Assembly (NCBI GenBank): GCA_044869275.1
Contig: JBIOXB010000086.1
Location: 1 to 64,000 of the forward strand
Length of the DNA stretch: 64,000 bases
DNA from: a bacterium
GTDB lineage: Bacteria > Zhuqueibacterota > Zhuqueibacteria > Zhuqueibacterales > Zhuqueibacteraceae
Direction of reading: 5' to 3'
Part shown: piece after piece, positions 25,903 through 35,240 of the stretch
Position numbering within the stretch: position 1 is the first letter of the stretch
How the letters are laid out: each line of letters opens with the position of its first letter
Position numbers and translations under genes: made by a program
The notes under the pieces: model-generated
What the model saw: only the letters and a program-made list of their open reading frames with translations
Database searches by the model: none
What the model was told of the DNA's origin: nothing

Positions 25903-27234
25903 ATGCGACGTCAATTTGAGTTTGAAGCAGAGCCGTTCGAGCTCGACCCGGAATTTGATTCGGAGTGGGAGACTTTCGATTCCGAGCTGGAGGAAGAGTG
26001 GTATGGCGAGGCGAGTCACGGCAGTGCTCCAGCACTGGCCGCGCCCAGTATTCATAACCTCAAGAACAATATCGTCAGGCTGGCGAACCAAGAGTGGTTG
26101 GCGTGGGATCGCGGCAGGAAAAAAGAATCGGATCCGAGCATACGCGCGAAATTGAGAGAATATTGGACCACGGGCGCCAGAGTGCAAGCAATATTTCGTG
26201 AGCCGAATTGGTGGTCGGCGCATCCGTGGAGCGCGGCTTTCATTTCGTGGATCATGCGAAAGGCCGGAGCAGGCAACACTTTTCGCTATGCGGCCGCGCA
26301 TGCGATTTACACTAAAGCGGCCAAAGACAATCGGCTCGCCAATAATGCGAATCCTTTCAAGGCCTTTCGCCTTAGAGAAGTACGACCGCAAGCTGGTGAT
26401 TTGGTTTGCAGGAGTCGCGCGGGCAGCGGTGCCAATTATGATAATATTCACGCGGGCCACAAAACACATTGTGATATTGTCACCGAAGTTCATCCTGGCC
26501 GTTTAACGACGATCGGAGGAAATGTCAGCAATTCGGTCTCTAAAACCGCGGTCCGTCTTGACGCGAATGGATTCATCAATCAACCCGGATACTTTGCTGT
26601 CATCAAAGTGGGCGCGCCTGCACATCCAGTCAGGACAACGACGCCGGGATTGGAACTGGAAGAGACCACACCTTTTGATACGGAATCTGAGTTTTACGAC
26701 CCTGAATTTGAGGAAGAGTCGTGGGAAGAAGTAATGGAGAGCGATTTCAGGCCAACCCCGGTTGAGCCTCATGGCGGTGGGCGGATTCAAAACAAAACGG
26801 CACCGAAGCCCTCAGACGTGGTTACCGTCTCAGGATACGGCGGCAAACGTGTTCCGCTTCATCGCCTGGCCGCCGATGCATGGCGCGCACTAGTGATTGC
26901 TGCGCGCACGGACGGCTTACAAGCACCTTTGTTGCTTCCCGTATCCGGTTTTCGCGACCCTCAACATCAACAACGGCTTTGGAACGCTGCGTTAGCGCGT
27001 TATGGTTCTGCTCAAGAAGCTCGCAAATGGGTGGCTCCGCCGGGTGGCAGCGCCCATCAATCGGGCCGGGCGATTGATTTTTATCTAGGCGGCAGCAATT
27101 CGAGCCGTAATGTCAGCCGCCTGCAAGCCACTCCCGCTTATAGATGGCTCGTTACCAACGCCGCGCGCTTCGGGTTTTATCCTTATTCGCGTGAACCATG
27201 GCATTGGGAATATAATCCCCCGGCCTCAGCTTAA
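25903..27234 (+). CDS. Acidic leader + DUF2272 (CHAP/NlpC-like) domain + acidic linker + M15B D,D-carboxypeptidase (VanY-like)
   Basis: PWSAAFISW, THCDIV, TIGGNVSNSV; SGFR..APPGGSAHQSGRAID..EPWHWEY; RBS GAGGAG. Confidence 0.82.
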   Translation: MRRQFEFEAEPFELDPEFDSEWETFDSELEEEWYGEASHGSAPALAAPSIHNLKNNIVRLANQEWLAWDRGRKKESDPSIRAKLREYWTTGARVQAIFREPNWWSAHPWSAAFISWIMRKAGAGNTFRYAAAHAIYTKAAKDNRLANNANPFKAFRLREVRPQAGDLVCRSRAGSGANYDNIHAGHKTHCDIVTEVHPGRLTTIGGNVSNSVSKTAVRLDANGFINQPGYFAVIKVGAPAHPVRTTTPGLELEETTPFDTESEFYDPEFEEESWEEVMESDFRPTPVEPHGGGRIQNKTAPKPSDVVTVSGYGGKRVPLHRLAADAWRALVIAARTDGLQAPLLLPVSGFRDPQHQQRLWNAALARYGSAQEARKWVAPPGGSAHQSGRAIDFYLGGSNSSRNVSRLQATPAYRWLVTNAARFGFYPYSREPWHWEYNPPASA

Positions 27235-27270
27235 CTCACCATCGAATGAATTGTTTTATCCGGAAGGCGA

Positions 27271-28224
27271 ATGATGAACCGACGATTCACTTCTCATTTC
27301 GAGCCGTTTCATGCCTACTCGGAATTCGACGAAACCCTTGACCTGATCGGTGAATACGATGAGGCTTCTGAGTCTTTCGCTCCCGAATTGGGTGAGAGCT
27401 GGTTGGACGAGTTGAATGAAAGTCGTGCCACCCGCTCGATCCCGCGATTGATGAAGAAGCCGGAAACCGACCCGCCAGCAGTCACGCTTTATGTCGGAAT
27501 CGATCTGAAAATTATTCACCGCGATGGAACGAAGGGGACTGCGCCCATGACCGGGATTTTTGTCCCCGCCAACTACAGGCCCAAGCCAACAGTCGATTTG
27601 ATTCTTTATCTGCACGGCCACAAAGGAGCTTATCCGGGCGCCCATATTCCTATTGACGGCTATTGGAGCAGTCGAAGACCTCCCTCTTACTTCCCATTAC
27701 GAAAGGAATTAAACGCTAGCAACAAGAATGTCATTCTCGTAGCGCCGACGTTAGGTCCAAAATCAGAGTACGGCCTTTTGACAAGACCCACGAGGTTTAA
27801 TCAATACCTGGATGAGGTGATGGCAGCGCTGAGAGCGCACGGCCCACATAAAGCTCAAGCGCAATCCCCCGTCGTCGGGAAGATTATCTTGGCCTGCCAT
27901 TCGGGCGGTGGAAGCCCGATGCTCCGGTTGGCAAAGCTGAAAGGCAGCGGCGGCTTCGCAGACAAAGTTATTGAATGCTGGGGATTTGATTGTTTGTACG
28001 GCATCGGTGTCGATGCGGCGTGGGCCAATTGGGCGAGATCGCATTCGCATGCCAAGCTTTTCATTTATTACCTCGGTTCTACGGAAAGCAACTCTAAAAA
28101 GCTTAGGGCAAAGAATCTCCACAATGTGTTTGTCGAACGGTCGAGCGCTCGCGGGCATTATTGGGTGCCGAAAGCACATTGGCGGCATCGTATCCAACAA
28201 GCGCGCTTTCTGCTGAATCGATGA
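27271..28224 (+). CDS. Acidic leader + alpha/beta hydrolase-like domain
   Basis: LYLHG, LACHSGGG, CWGFDCLY, GHYWVP; paralogous to the C-terminal domain of 20889..23708. Confidence 0.75.
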   Translation: MMNRRFTSHFEPFHAYSEFDETLDLIGEYDEASESFAPELGESWLDELNESRATRSIPRLMKKPETDPPAVTLYVGIDLKIIHRDGTKGTAPMTGIFVPANYRPKPTVDLILYLHGHKGAYPGAHIPIDGYWSSRRPPSYFPLRKELNASNKNVILVAPTLGPKSEYGLLTRPTRFNQYLDEVMAALRAHGPHKAQAQSPVVGKIILACHSGGGSPMLRLAKLKGSGGFADKVIECWGFDCLYGIGVDAAWANWARSHSHAKLFIYYLGSTESNSKKLRAKNLHNVFVERSSARGHYWVPKAHWRHRIQQARFLLNR

Positions 28225-28305
28225 ATACAGCGGAAAGCATGAGGTATAAACAACCCCGCGAATCCGTGATCCGATTCACCAAAATGTTATAAAATCGATT
28301 CATGC

Positions 28306-29760
28306 ATGATGAATATCGCCGGCCCGATCTCATACGCTCATCGCAATCGCCCTCGCTTCGTCGAGGAACTCAAAGCGTTTGTCCGTTTTCCGAGCATCAG
28401 CTCCCAACCCCGGCACGCGGTTGACGTGAAAATGTGCGCCGGGTGGTTGGCGCATCATCTGCGGAGCATCGGCATGGAAAATGTCAAAATCGCGCCCACC
28501 GTGCGCCACCCGATCGTCTGCGCAGATTGGCAATACCGGCCCGGCGGTCGAACGGTTTTGATTTATGGCCACTACGATGTGCAGCCCGCCGACCCGCACA
28601 GCCAGTGGCATTCGCCTCCGTTTGCGGCGATCGTGCACAGCGATAATCTTTATGGCCGAGGTGCATCAGATGACAAAGGGCAGATGTTCGCTCATCTCAA
28701 AGCCGTGGAATCCTACCTGCAAACGAGCGGTGAGCTGCCGGTGAACGTCAAATGCCTTTTTGAAGGCGAGGAGGAAATCGGCAGTCCGAACCTTGCGTCA
28801 TTTTTGGAACGCCATCGCCCCGCCTTTGCTGCTGATGTCGCGGTACTTTCAGACATGCCCATGCTCGCGCCCAATCGCCCGGCGATTACCTATGCGATGC
28901 GCGGTGCTCTGAGCCTGGAGCTGGAGGCATATGGGGCGAAACAAGACTTGCATTCCGGAAATTTCGGTGGCGCTGTACACAACCCTCTTGAGGCTCTTTG
29001 TGAAATGATCGGTCAACTCCATGATGCCAGCGGGCGCATAGTTATTCCTGGATTTTACGACGACGTGCGAGCATGGAGCGATGATGAGCGTGATTATATG
29101 GCACGTGCGGGGCCGACCAATGCGCAAATACTTCACGCGGCGGAAACAGAGAGCGGCTGGGGCGAGCCCGGTTATACTGCTTACGAGCGCATAACGATTC
29201 GTCCTGCACTGTCGGTGAATGGCATTGTCGGCGGTTATCAAGGCGCGGGCGGCAAAGCGGTCATTCCCGCTTACGCAATGGCCAAACTCAATTTTCGGCT
29301 TGTCCCGGATCAGAATCCCCGCAAGGTCGAGCAGCTCTTTCGTCAATACCTCGCGCGGATTACACCTCCCGCCATTCGTTGCGTCGTTCGCACGAACCTG
29401 GCTGCTCATCCGGTTTTTATCGATCGCAAACATCCCGTCATGGGCGCCGCCGCCGTTGCTTGTTCCAAAGGGTTTGGAAGACTGCCCGTATTTCTGCGGT
29501 CTGGAGGGACGATTCCAATGGCTCACACGTTCCAAAATGTGCTCGGCCTGCCGACGGTGCTGATGGGCTTTGCATTGGCGGACGATCGCATGCATGCGCC
29601 CAACGAAAAATTCCACCTGCCGAATTTTTACAACGGGATCAAGACGGCAATTTTCTTCCTGGCAGAAGTTGGCGCCATTCGACCTTCGCAAGCGCGTCGC
29701 TTACAGGAAACTAGTGCCCTCCGACCGCCTGAGGCTCGAGCAGGGAGTTGTTCCGCATGA
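28306..29760 (+). CDS. M20-family dipeptidase
   Basis: IYGHYDVQP, YGRGASDDKGQ, FEGEEEIGS, DLHSG, GGTIP, HAPNEKF. Confidence 0.93.
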   Translation: MMNIAGPISYAHRNRPRFVEELKAFVRFPSISSQPRHAVDVKMCAGWLAHHLRSIGMENVKIAPTVRHPIVCADWQYRPGGRTVLIYGHYDVQPADPHSQWHSPPFAAIVHSDNLYGRGASDDKGQMFAHLKAVESYLQTSGELPVNVKCLFEGEEEIGSPNLASFLERHRPAFAADVAVLSDMPMLAPNRPAITYAMRGALSLELEAYGAKQDLHSGNFGGAVHNPLEALCEMIGQLHDASGRIVIPGFYDDVRAWSDDERDYMARAGPTNAQILHAAETESGWGEPGYTAYERITIRPALSVNGIVGGYQGAGGKAVIPAYAMAKLNFRLVPDQNPRKVEQLFRQYLARITPPAIRCVVRTNLAAHPVFIDRKHPVMGAAAVACSKGFGRLPVFLRSGGTIPMAHTFQNVLGLPTVLMGFALADDRMHAPNEKFHLPNFYNGIKTAIFFLAEVGAIRPSQARRLQETSALRPPEARAGSCSA

Positions 29761-30563
29761 TTATCGACGCTCATTGCCACGCCGGCCCGGGAGACGGCTT
29801 CACTGGTCCATGGGATACGCGGGCCTCGCTCAAGAAATACGTACGCTGGGCCGATGAGGCCGGTATTCACCGCACCGTGCTGTGGGCTGCCCTGCACACC
29901 GATTACGCTGTCGCCAATCGTGAAGTCGGCCGCATCGTCGCCAGCAACCCGCAGCGGTTCTACGGTTTTGCCTTCGTGCATGCGGAGCGTGATCGCGGCC
30001 GCATTCGCCGCATGGTGCAAGAGGCCGTGGAGAGCTATGGTTTCTGCGGCATCAAAGTGCATCGCCGTGACGCACGCATCAGCCGCGAAATCTGCGAAAC
30101 AGCACGCGCCTTTGCTCTTCCCGTTGTGTATGATCCAATGGGCGAAGCGGCTGTGGCAGAATTGCTCGCGAGCGAGTACCCGGATGTTCCTTTTATCATT
30201 CCTCATTTAAGCAGCTTTGCGGATGATTGGGAGGCGCAACTGGCTTTTGTTGCTCATCTCGCCCGGCATCCGAACATCTACACGGACACCTCCGGTGTGC
30301 GGCGTTTCGATTTACTTGAACAGGCTGTGCGGCGGGCGGGCGCGCGCAAGATTCTCTTTGGCTCGGACGGCCCGTGGCTGCATCCCGGCGTTGAGCTCGC
30401 CAAGGTTCATGCGCTCGGCCTACCGGCTCACCAACAACGGCTGATCTTGGCTGGGAATTTTTTGCGACTCATCGCGCGCGTACAACAAAAATCGCTGATG
30501 CCCGACAGCCGAGCCGATCAACCCCTCGATGCTATGAACGGCCACGTCTCGTTTGGATCATGA
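29757..30563 (+). CDS. Amidohydrolase family protein (amidohydro_2)
   Basis: IIDAHCH, GIKVH, IIPH, YTDTS, ILFGSDGP; ATGA overlap with the M20 gene. Confidence 0.9.
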   Translation: MIIDAHCHAGPGDGFTGPWDTRASLKKYVRWADEAGIHRTVLWAALHTDYAVANREVGRIVASNPQRFYGFAFVHAERDRGRIRRMVQEAVESYGFCGIKVHRRDARISREICETARAFALPVVYDPMGEAAVAELLASEYPDVPFIIPHLSSFADDWEAQLAFVAHLARHPNIYTDTSGVRRFDLLEQAVRRAGARKILFGSDGPWLHPGVELAKVHALGLPAHQQRLILAGNFLRLIARVQQKSLMPDSRADQPLDAMNGHVSFGS

Positions 30564-30964
30564 ACTCTTGCTCTGCAATTCTGGTGTGCGATCGCGACCA
30601 GCTTTTTCGCGAAACGCTCAAAAACTTTCTGCTCGCGGCGGGTTATGCAGAAGTGGAAATCGTAACCACGGCGCGTTCGGCCCTTGCCATGCTGCGTCGC
30701 GAGCGCTTCGCCTGTGTGTTGATTGGCATGTCGCGCCCGTTCTCTTGTAGGCGCCGCCTGGCAGCCATCGCGCAACAACGGCAACCACAGGCAAAAGTCT
30801 TCATGCTCGTGGCGGCAGAAGATCACCCTCTTATTCACGATGTCTCATTTGAATATATCATCAAAGAGCACGTTTTCTCGAGTATAATGGAATTGCTCGA
30901 GGAGCCGGCGAGCGCGAAGCAGGTAGCGAAGATTGAGAAGCCTCGCGGCAAAAGGTTCTCATGA
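30560..30964 (+). CDS. Receiver-like domain protein lacking the phospho-acceptor Asp
   Basis: ILVCDRD...L..AGY.EV...A..AL..L...FACVLIGMS (G at the usual D position); ATGA overlaps on both sides. Confidence 0.6.
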   Translation: MNSCSAILVCDRDQLFRETLKNFLLAAGYAEVEIVTTARSALAMLRRERFACVLIGMSRPFSCRRRLAAIAQQRQPQAKVFMLVAAEDHPLIHDVSFEYIIKEHVFSSIMELLEEPASAKQVAKIEKPRGKRFS

Positions 30965-32364
30965 TGCACGAGGTGGGGCAGAGACGCATGTCATTGGATC
31001 TTTATCAGCTTTTCTTTAACGGCGCCGACGAGGCAATTTTCGGCATTGAGGCCGCAACCCAGGCCATTGTTGCGGCGAATCAACAGGCAAGCCGGTGGAC
31101 CGGTTATCGTAACGATGAGCTGCTCGGGCTGCGGATGGGCGGATTGTTGCAGGCGCAGAATACTTCCGAGGTTTTGGCTCTTCTTTCTCGAGGTCACAGT
31201 GCGAACACTATACGCGACTGCAGGCTGCGCCTGCGCAAAAAGGATGGCGGGTGTTTGGCAGTAACCGCCAGCGTGAAATTGGCTGAGTTGCACCAGCAGC
31301 GTATTCTGTTTGTCATTGCGAGTGCGGACCATGCGGCCTGCGCTCACGAAAATGCTGCCACACTTGACACGGCTTTGGAAGAACAGTCCGGTTTTCCTGC
31401 GATCATCGGTCAGAGCGAGAGCATGCGCCAAGTCTGCCGGCGCATTGGTTTGGTGGCGAAGAGCGAGACCACGGTTTTGCTTCAAGGCGAGAGCGGCACG
31501 GGTAAGGAAGTGGTTGCCAATGCCGTGCACGCACATAGTTTGCGGGCGCGCGGCGCTTTCGTGAGAGTGAATTGTGCCTCGCTCAGCGAGACGTTATTGG
31601 AAAGTGAGCTCTTCGGCCACGTCAGAGGTGCTTTCACGGGCGCGATGCGCGACCGGCATGGGCGGTTCAAACAGGCGGACGGGGGCACGATCCTGTTGGA
31701 CGAGATCGGCTGCCTGTCGCTCGCCGGGCAAGCCAAGCTGCTGCGCGTGCTGCAGGAGCATGAATTCGAGCCCGTGGGCAGTTCGGTGACCACTTCCACA
31801 AATGTCCGGGTGCTGGCTTCCACCAATTCGGATCTGCAGACGGCCGTAGCTGCTGGCAAATTTCGTGAGGATCTATTCTATCGCCTGAATGTTTTTGTAA
31901 TCCATCTGCCGCCGCTGCGCGAGCGGCAGGAAGATATTCCCTTGCTCGCCCAGCATTTTTTACGCAAATGTAATCAATGCATCGGCAAAGATATCCGGGC
32001 CTGTGCGCCGGAAACACTTGAAGCTCTGATGGCCCATGACTGGCCGGGCAATGTGCGCGAGCTCGAGAACGCCATCGAACATGCGGTGATCGTCGAGAAA
32101 GGCGCGCTCATTACGCCCGCCAGCCTGCCCATGAACCTGAGCGGAGCTCGTGACCGGCAGGAAGCGTCAGGTTCCACTGCCGAGCTCGGCCTGCGAGATA
32201 TGCTCAATCTGCTGGAAAAGCAGATTTTGCTCAATACGCTCGTGCGCGCGAATGGCATCAAGAAACGCGCCGCTGCCTTGTTGCATATTGACGCCAGAAA
32301 TTTGCCCTACCTTTTGCGAAAGCATAATCTTTCCGAAATCAGCCTACCGAACGGAAGCTATTGA
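30961..32364 (+). CDS. PAS-domain sigma54-dependent transcriptional activator
   Basis: N-terminal PAS ([24 protein letters not shown]); [27 protein letters not shown]. Confidence 0.93.
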   Translation: MMHEVGQRRMSLDLYQLFFNGADEAIFGIEAATQAIVAANQQASRWTGYRNDELLGLRMGGLLQAQNTSEVLALLSRGHSANTIRDCRLRLRKKDGGCLAVTASVKLAELHQQRILFVIASADHAACAHENAATLDTALEEQSGFPAIIGQSESMRQVCRRIGLVAKSETTVLLQGESGTGKEVVANAVHAHSLRARGAFVRVNCASLSETLLESELFGHVRGAFTGAMRDRHGRFKQADGGTILLDEIGCLSLAGQAKLLRVLQEHEFEPVGSSVTTSTNVRVLASTNSDLQTAVAAGKFREDLFYRLNVFVIHLPPLRERQEDIPLLAQHFLRKCNQCIGKDIRACAPETLEALMAHDWPGNVRELENAIEHAVIVEKGALITPASLPMNLSGARDRQEASGSTAELGLRDMLNLLEKQILLNTLVRANGIKKRAAALLHIDARNLPYLLRKHNLSEISLPNGSY

Positions 32365-32504
32365 CTTGCTTTTGGCCCTTTTTCTGCTACAATGGCAAGA
32401 AGGAAAAGAAATTTGCGGATGAGTATTTCGGTTCTCACTACTTTTCCATTCACTTGAGATGCGACAGGTTTTTTCTGAATCTTTTCAATCCACGGAGGCC
32501 TACG

Positions 32505-35135
32505 ATGGCTTTTGGCGAGTACCTGTTCTCTTTTATTAATAAGCACCGGGCGCTTCTACTTTTTGCGGCATTGTTCTGCCTGTATTATTTGATCGCCGCA
32601 CCACCGCCATCGCCGTCCCGGCCACCTGGAAACGGCTATTTACACAAATTGGACAAAGTTGTTGCAAAACAATTTCCCGCCGATTGGGCCTGGCTGCAAC
32701 GCACGTTTCCGCATGGCACGGCGGATAAAACTGCGCATATCGAAGCGCTGCAACAAGCGCAATCCATGCGCCGGCTCACGAAGTCTTCAACACCTGGCGC
32801 CGTGTGGAATTTTGCCGGACCGGAAAATATCGGCGGGCGTATCAGCGATATCGAATTCAATCCCCAGGACGGGAGTATCGTTTACGCCGGCGCGGCAACA
32901 GGCGGGGTGTTCAAGTCGAGCAACGGCGGAATGACGTGGTCTCCGGTTTTTGATGACCAAGCCGTGCTCCCCATCGGCGATCTGGCCGTCGATCCAAATG
33001 ATCCCAGGGTCATTTACGCTGGCACCGGCGAGGCCAATGGCGGCCACAACAATTTTCCCGGTGCCGGCATGTTCAAATCAACCGATGCCGGCGCAACCTG
33101 GCAATATGCCGGACTGGCGGCGACGAATTCGATCGGCCGCGTCGTGATCGATCCCTTGAATTCGAATCGCGTTTTTGTCGCGGCGGTTGGTTCATATTTC
33201 GGAAAAGACAACGATCGCGGCGTGTATCGTAGTCTCGATGCCGGGCAAACGTGGCAACAAGTTCTATTCGTGAACGATTCCACCGGCGCCATCGATCTCG
33301 TGCTCGATCCGCAAAATCCCAGCAAGCTCTTTGCGGCGGTGTGGGAACGCGTCCGCCCGCCGGAATTCACCACCCATCTCAACGGCCCTGCGAGCGGCAT
33401 TTATCGCAGCCTGGACGGCGGCGATTCGTGGCAACGTTTGGGTGCGATGCAGGGATTGCCCGCGGCGCGCGACAATATTGGGCGCATCGGCCTGGCACTC
33501 TGCTCCTCGCAGCCCCAGCATCTCTACGCTTTGTACACAAACTCCGGTTACACTTATGACAGCTTATACCGCTCGCGGGACGGTGGCGGGACATGGCAGC
33601 GCACCGATCTGAATAATCAACTGCGTTCCGGTTTCAGCAATTTTAGTTGGTATTTTGGCAACGTGCGCGTGCATCCGGATGACCCGGAAACAGTTTATGT
33701 TTTGGATCTAACGTTGATGATTTCGCATGACGGCGGGCGGAATTGGAGTGTTGCGCCGACTTCGCATGTCGATCATCACGCCCTCACCTTCGATCCGGGT
33801 GAGCCGCAACGCCTGCTCACCGGTAATGACGGCGGCATGGATATTTCCACTGACGGCGGTCTCTCCTGGGAGGAAGTTACCGGCCTTCCGGTCACACAGT
33901 TTTATCACATCACCATGGACCTCAATCATCCCGAGAGATTGTACGGCGGCACGCAGGACAACGGCACCATGCGCACGCTCACGGGTAATCGCGACGATTG
34001 GGAATACATTTACGGCGGCGACGGCTTTTATGTCATCGTCGATCCGAACGACCCAAACATCATCTATGCGGAGTCACAAAACGGCGGTTTGGGCAAATCT
34101 ACGGACGGCGGCAATAGTTTTGCCGACGTGTTGAACGGCATCAATCCCAATGAGCCCACGAATTGGTCCACCCCGGTGGTGATGGATCCGAACGACAGCC
34201 AGGTTTTGTACTACGGCACCGATCGCGTTTATCGCACGCAGAACGGCGCGGGAAGCTGGCAACCGATCAGCGGCGATTTGACCTTACAAAAGCCCGGTTC
34301 GCGGCTGGGCACGGTGACCTGCATTGCCGTCTCGCCCGCCAAACCCGAGGTGATATACGCGGGCACCGACGACAGCCAAGTGTGGGTGACGAATGACGGC
34401 GGAACTATCTGGACGGAGATCTCGCAAACTCTGCCCTATCGCTGGGTCACGCGCGTCGCCGTCGATCCGGTGGATGAAAACCTCGCTTACGTTACTTTCT
34501 CCGGCTTGAAATGGAACTCTCCGCAACCGCATGTATTTCGCACGGTGGATATGGGTGCGACCTGGGAAGACATCAGCAATAATTTACCGGATGCGCCGGT
34601 GAATACGATCGTCGTCGATCCGGTTTATTCGAACTTCTTGTATGTCGGCACTGACGTTTCGGCCTATTATTCGGCTGACGACGGACAAACCTGGCAATCT
34701 GTTGGATCAGGTTTGCCGCTGGTCTCGGTTTATGATTTATTCGTGCATCCCACCGCGCGCATTCTGGTGGCCGGCACGCACGGACGTTCGATGTATACGT
34801 TTGATCTCGCCACGCTGACGCAGGTGGATGACGCAAGACCCGGGAAACGAGCCCCGGCTACGATCGCACTGGAACAAAACTATCCCAACCCTTTCAACCC
34901 TTCGACCGCCATCCGTTTTTCTTTGTCAAGGGCCGCCGAAGTTTCGCTGCAAGTTTATAATACGCACGGCCGGCTCGTGCGCACACTCATCAGTGCAGAG
35001 AGAGCTGCAGGCGCGCATATCGTGCACTGGAATGCAGATGATCAGCAAGGCCGTAAAGCAGCAAGCGGTGCGTATTTTTGCCGGCTGCGCGTGGGGCGTG
35101 AAGTGTTGCAGAAAAAAATGATTCTGCAGCACTGA
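32505..35135 (+). CDS. Secreted BNR/Asp-box (VPS10/sortilin-like) beta-propeller protein with C-terminal FlgD-Ig/sorting domain
   Basis: Many S-x-D-x-G-x-T-W boxes; C-terminal LEQNYPNPFNPST...ASGAYF; RBS GGAGG. Confidence 0.88.
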   Translation: MAFGEYLFSFINKHRALLLFAALFCLYYLIAAPPPSPSRPPGNGYLHKLDKVVAKQFPADWAWLQRTFPHGTADKTAHIEALQQAQSMRRLTKSSTPGAVWNFAGPENIGGRISDIEFNPQDGSIVYAGAATGGVFKSSNGGMTWSPVFDDQAVLPIGDLAVDPNDPRVIYAGTGEANGGHNNFPGAGMFKSTDAGATWQYAGLAATNSIGRVVIDPLNSNRVFVAAVGSYFGKDNDRGVYRSLDAGQTWQQVLFVNDSTGAIDLVLDPQNPSKLFAAVWERVRPPEFTTHLNGPASGIYRSLDGGDSWQRLGAMQGLPAARDNIGRIGLALCSSQPQHLYALYTNSGYTYDSLYRSRDGGGTWQRTDLNNQLRSGFSNFSWYFGNVRVHPDDPETVYVLDLTLMISHDGGRNWSVAPTSHVDHHALTFDPGEPQRLLTGNDGGMDISTDGGLSWEEVTGLPVTQFYHITMDLNHPERLYGGTQDNGTMRTLTGNRDDWEYIYGGDGFYVIVDPNDPNIIYAESQNGGLGKSTDGGNSFADVLNGINPNEPTNWSTPVVMDPNDSQVLYYGTDRVYRTQNGAGSWQPISGDLTLQKPGSRLGTVTCIAVSPAKPEVIYAGTDDSQVWVTNDGGTIWTEISQTLPYRWVTRVAVDPVDENLAYVTFSGLKWNSPQPHVFRTVDMGATWEDISNNLPDAPVNTIVVDPVYSNFLYVGTDVSAYYSADDGQTWQSVGSGLPLVSVYDLFVHPTARILVAGTHGRSMYTFDLATLTQVDDARPGKRAPATIALEQNYPNPFNPSTAIRFSLSRAAEVSLQVYNTHGRLVRTLISAERAAGAHIVHWNADDQQGRKAASGAYFCRLRVGREVLQKKMILQH

Positions 35136-35240
35136 CGCGGCTGCGGCAAATTGAGTAACGCCTTCAGATTGTTCCGTCGCTGCGCTGCTCGCCATGACAT
35201 TTCTACTGCTCTTGCAGGAGTCAACCAAAAGGTTTTTTTT

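Noticed and set aside
13090..32364. Prophage, tailocin/eCIS or T6SS interpretation of the cluster
   Set aside because: No integrase, terminase, capsid, sheath, tube, baseplate, VgrG or PAAR motifs recognised; no att-like flanking repeats seen
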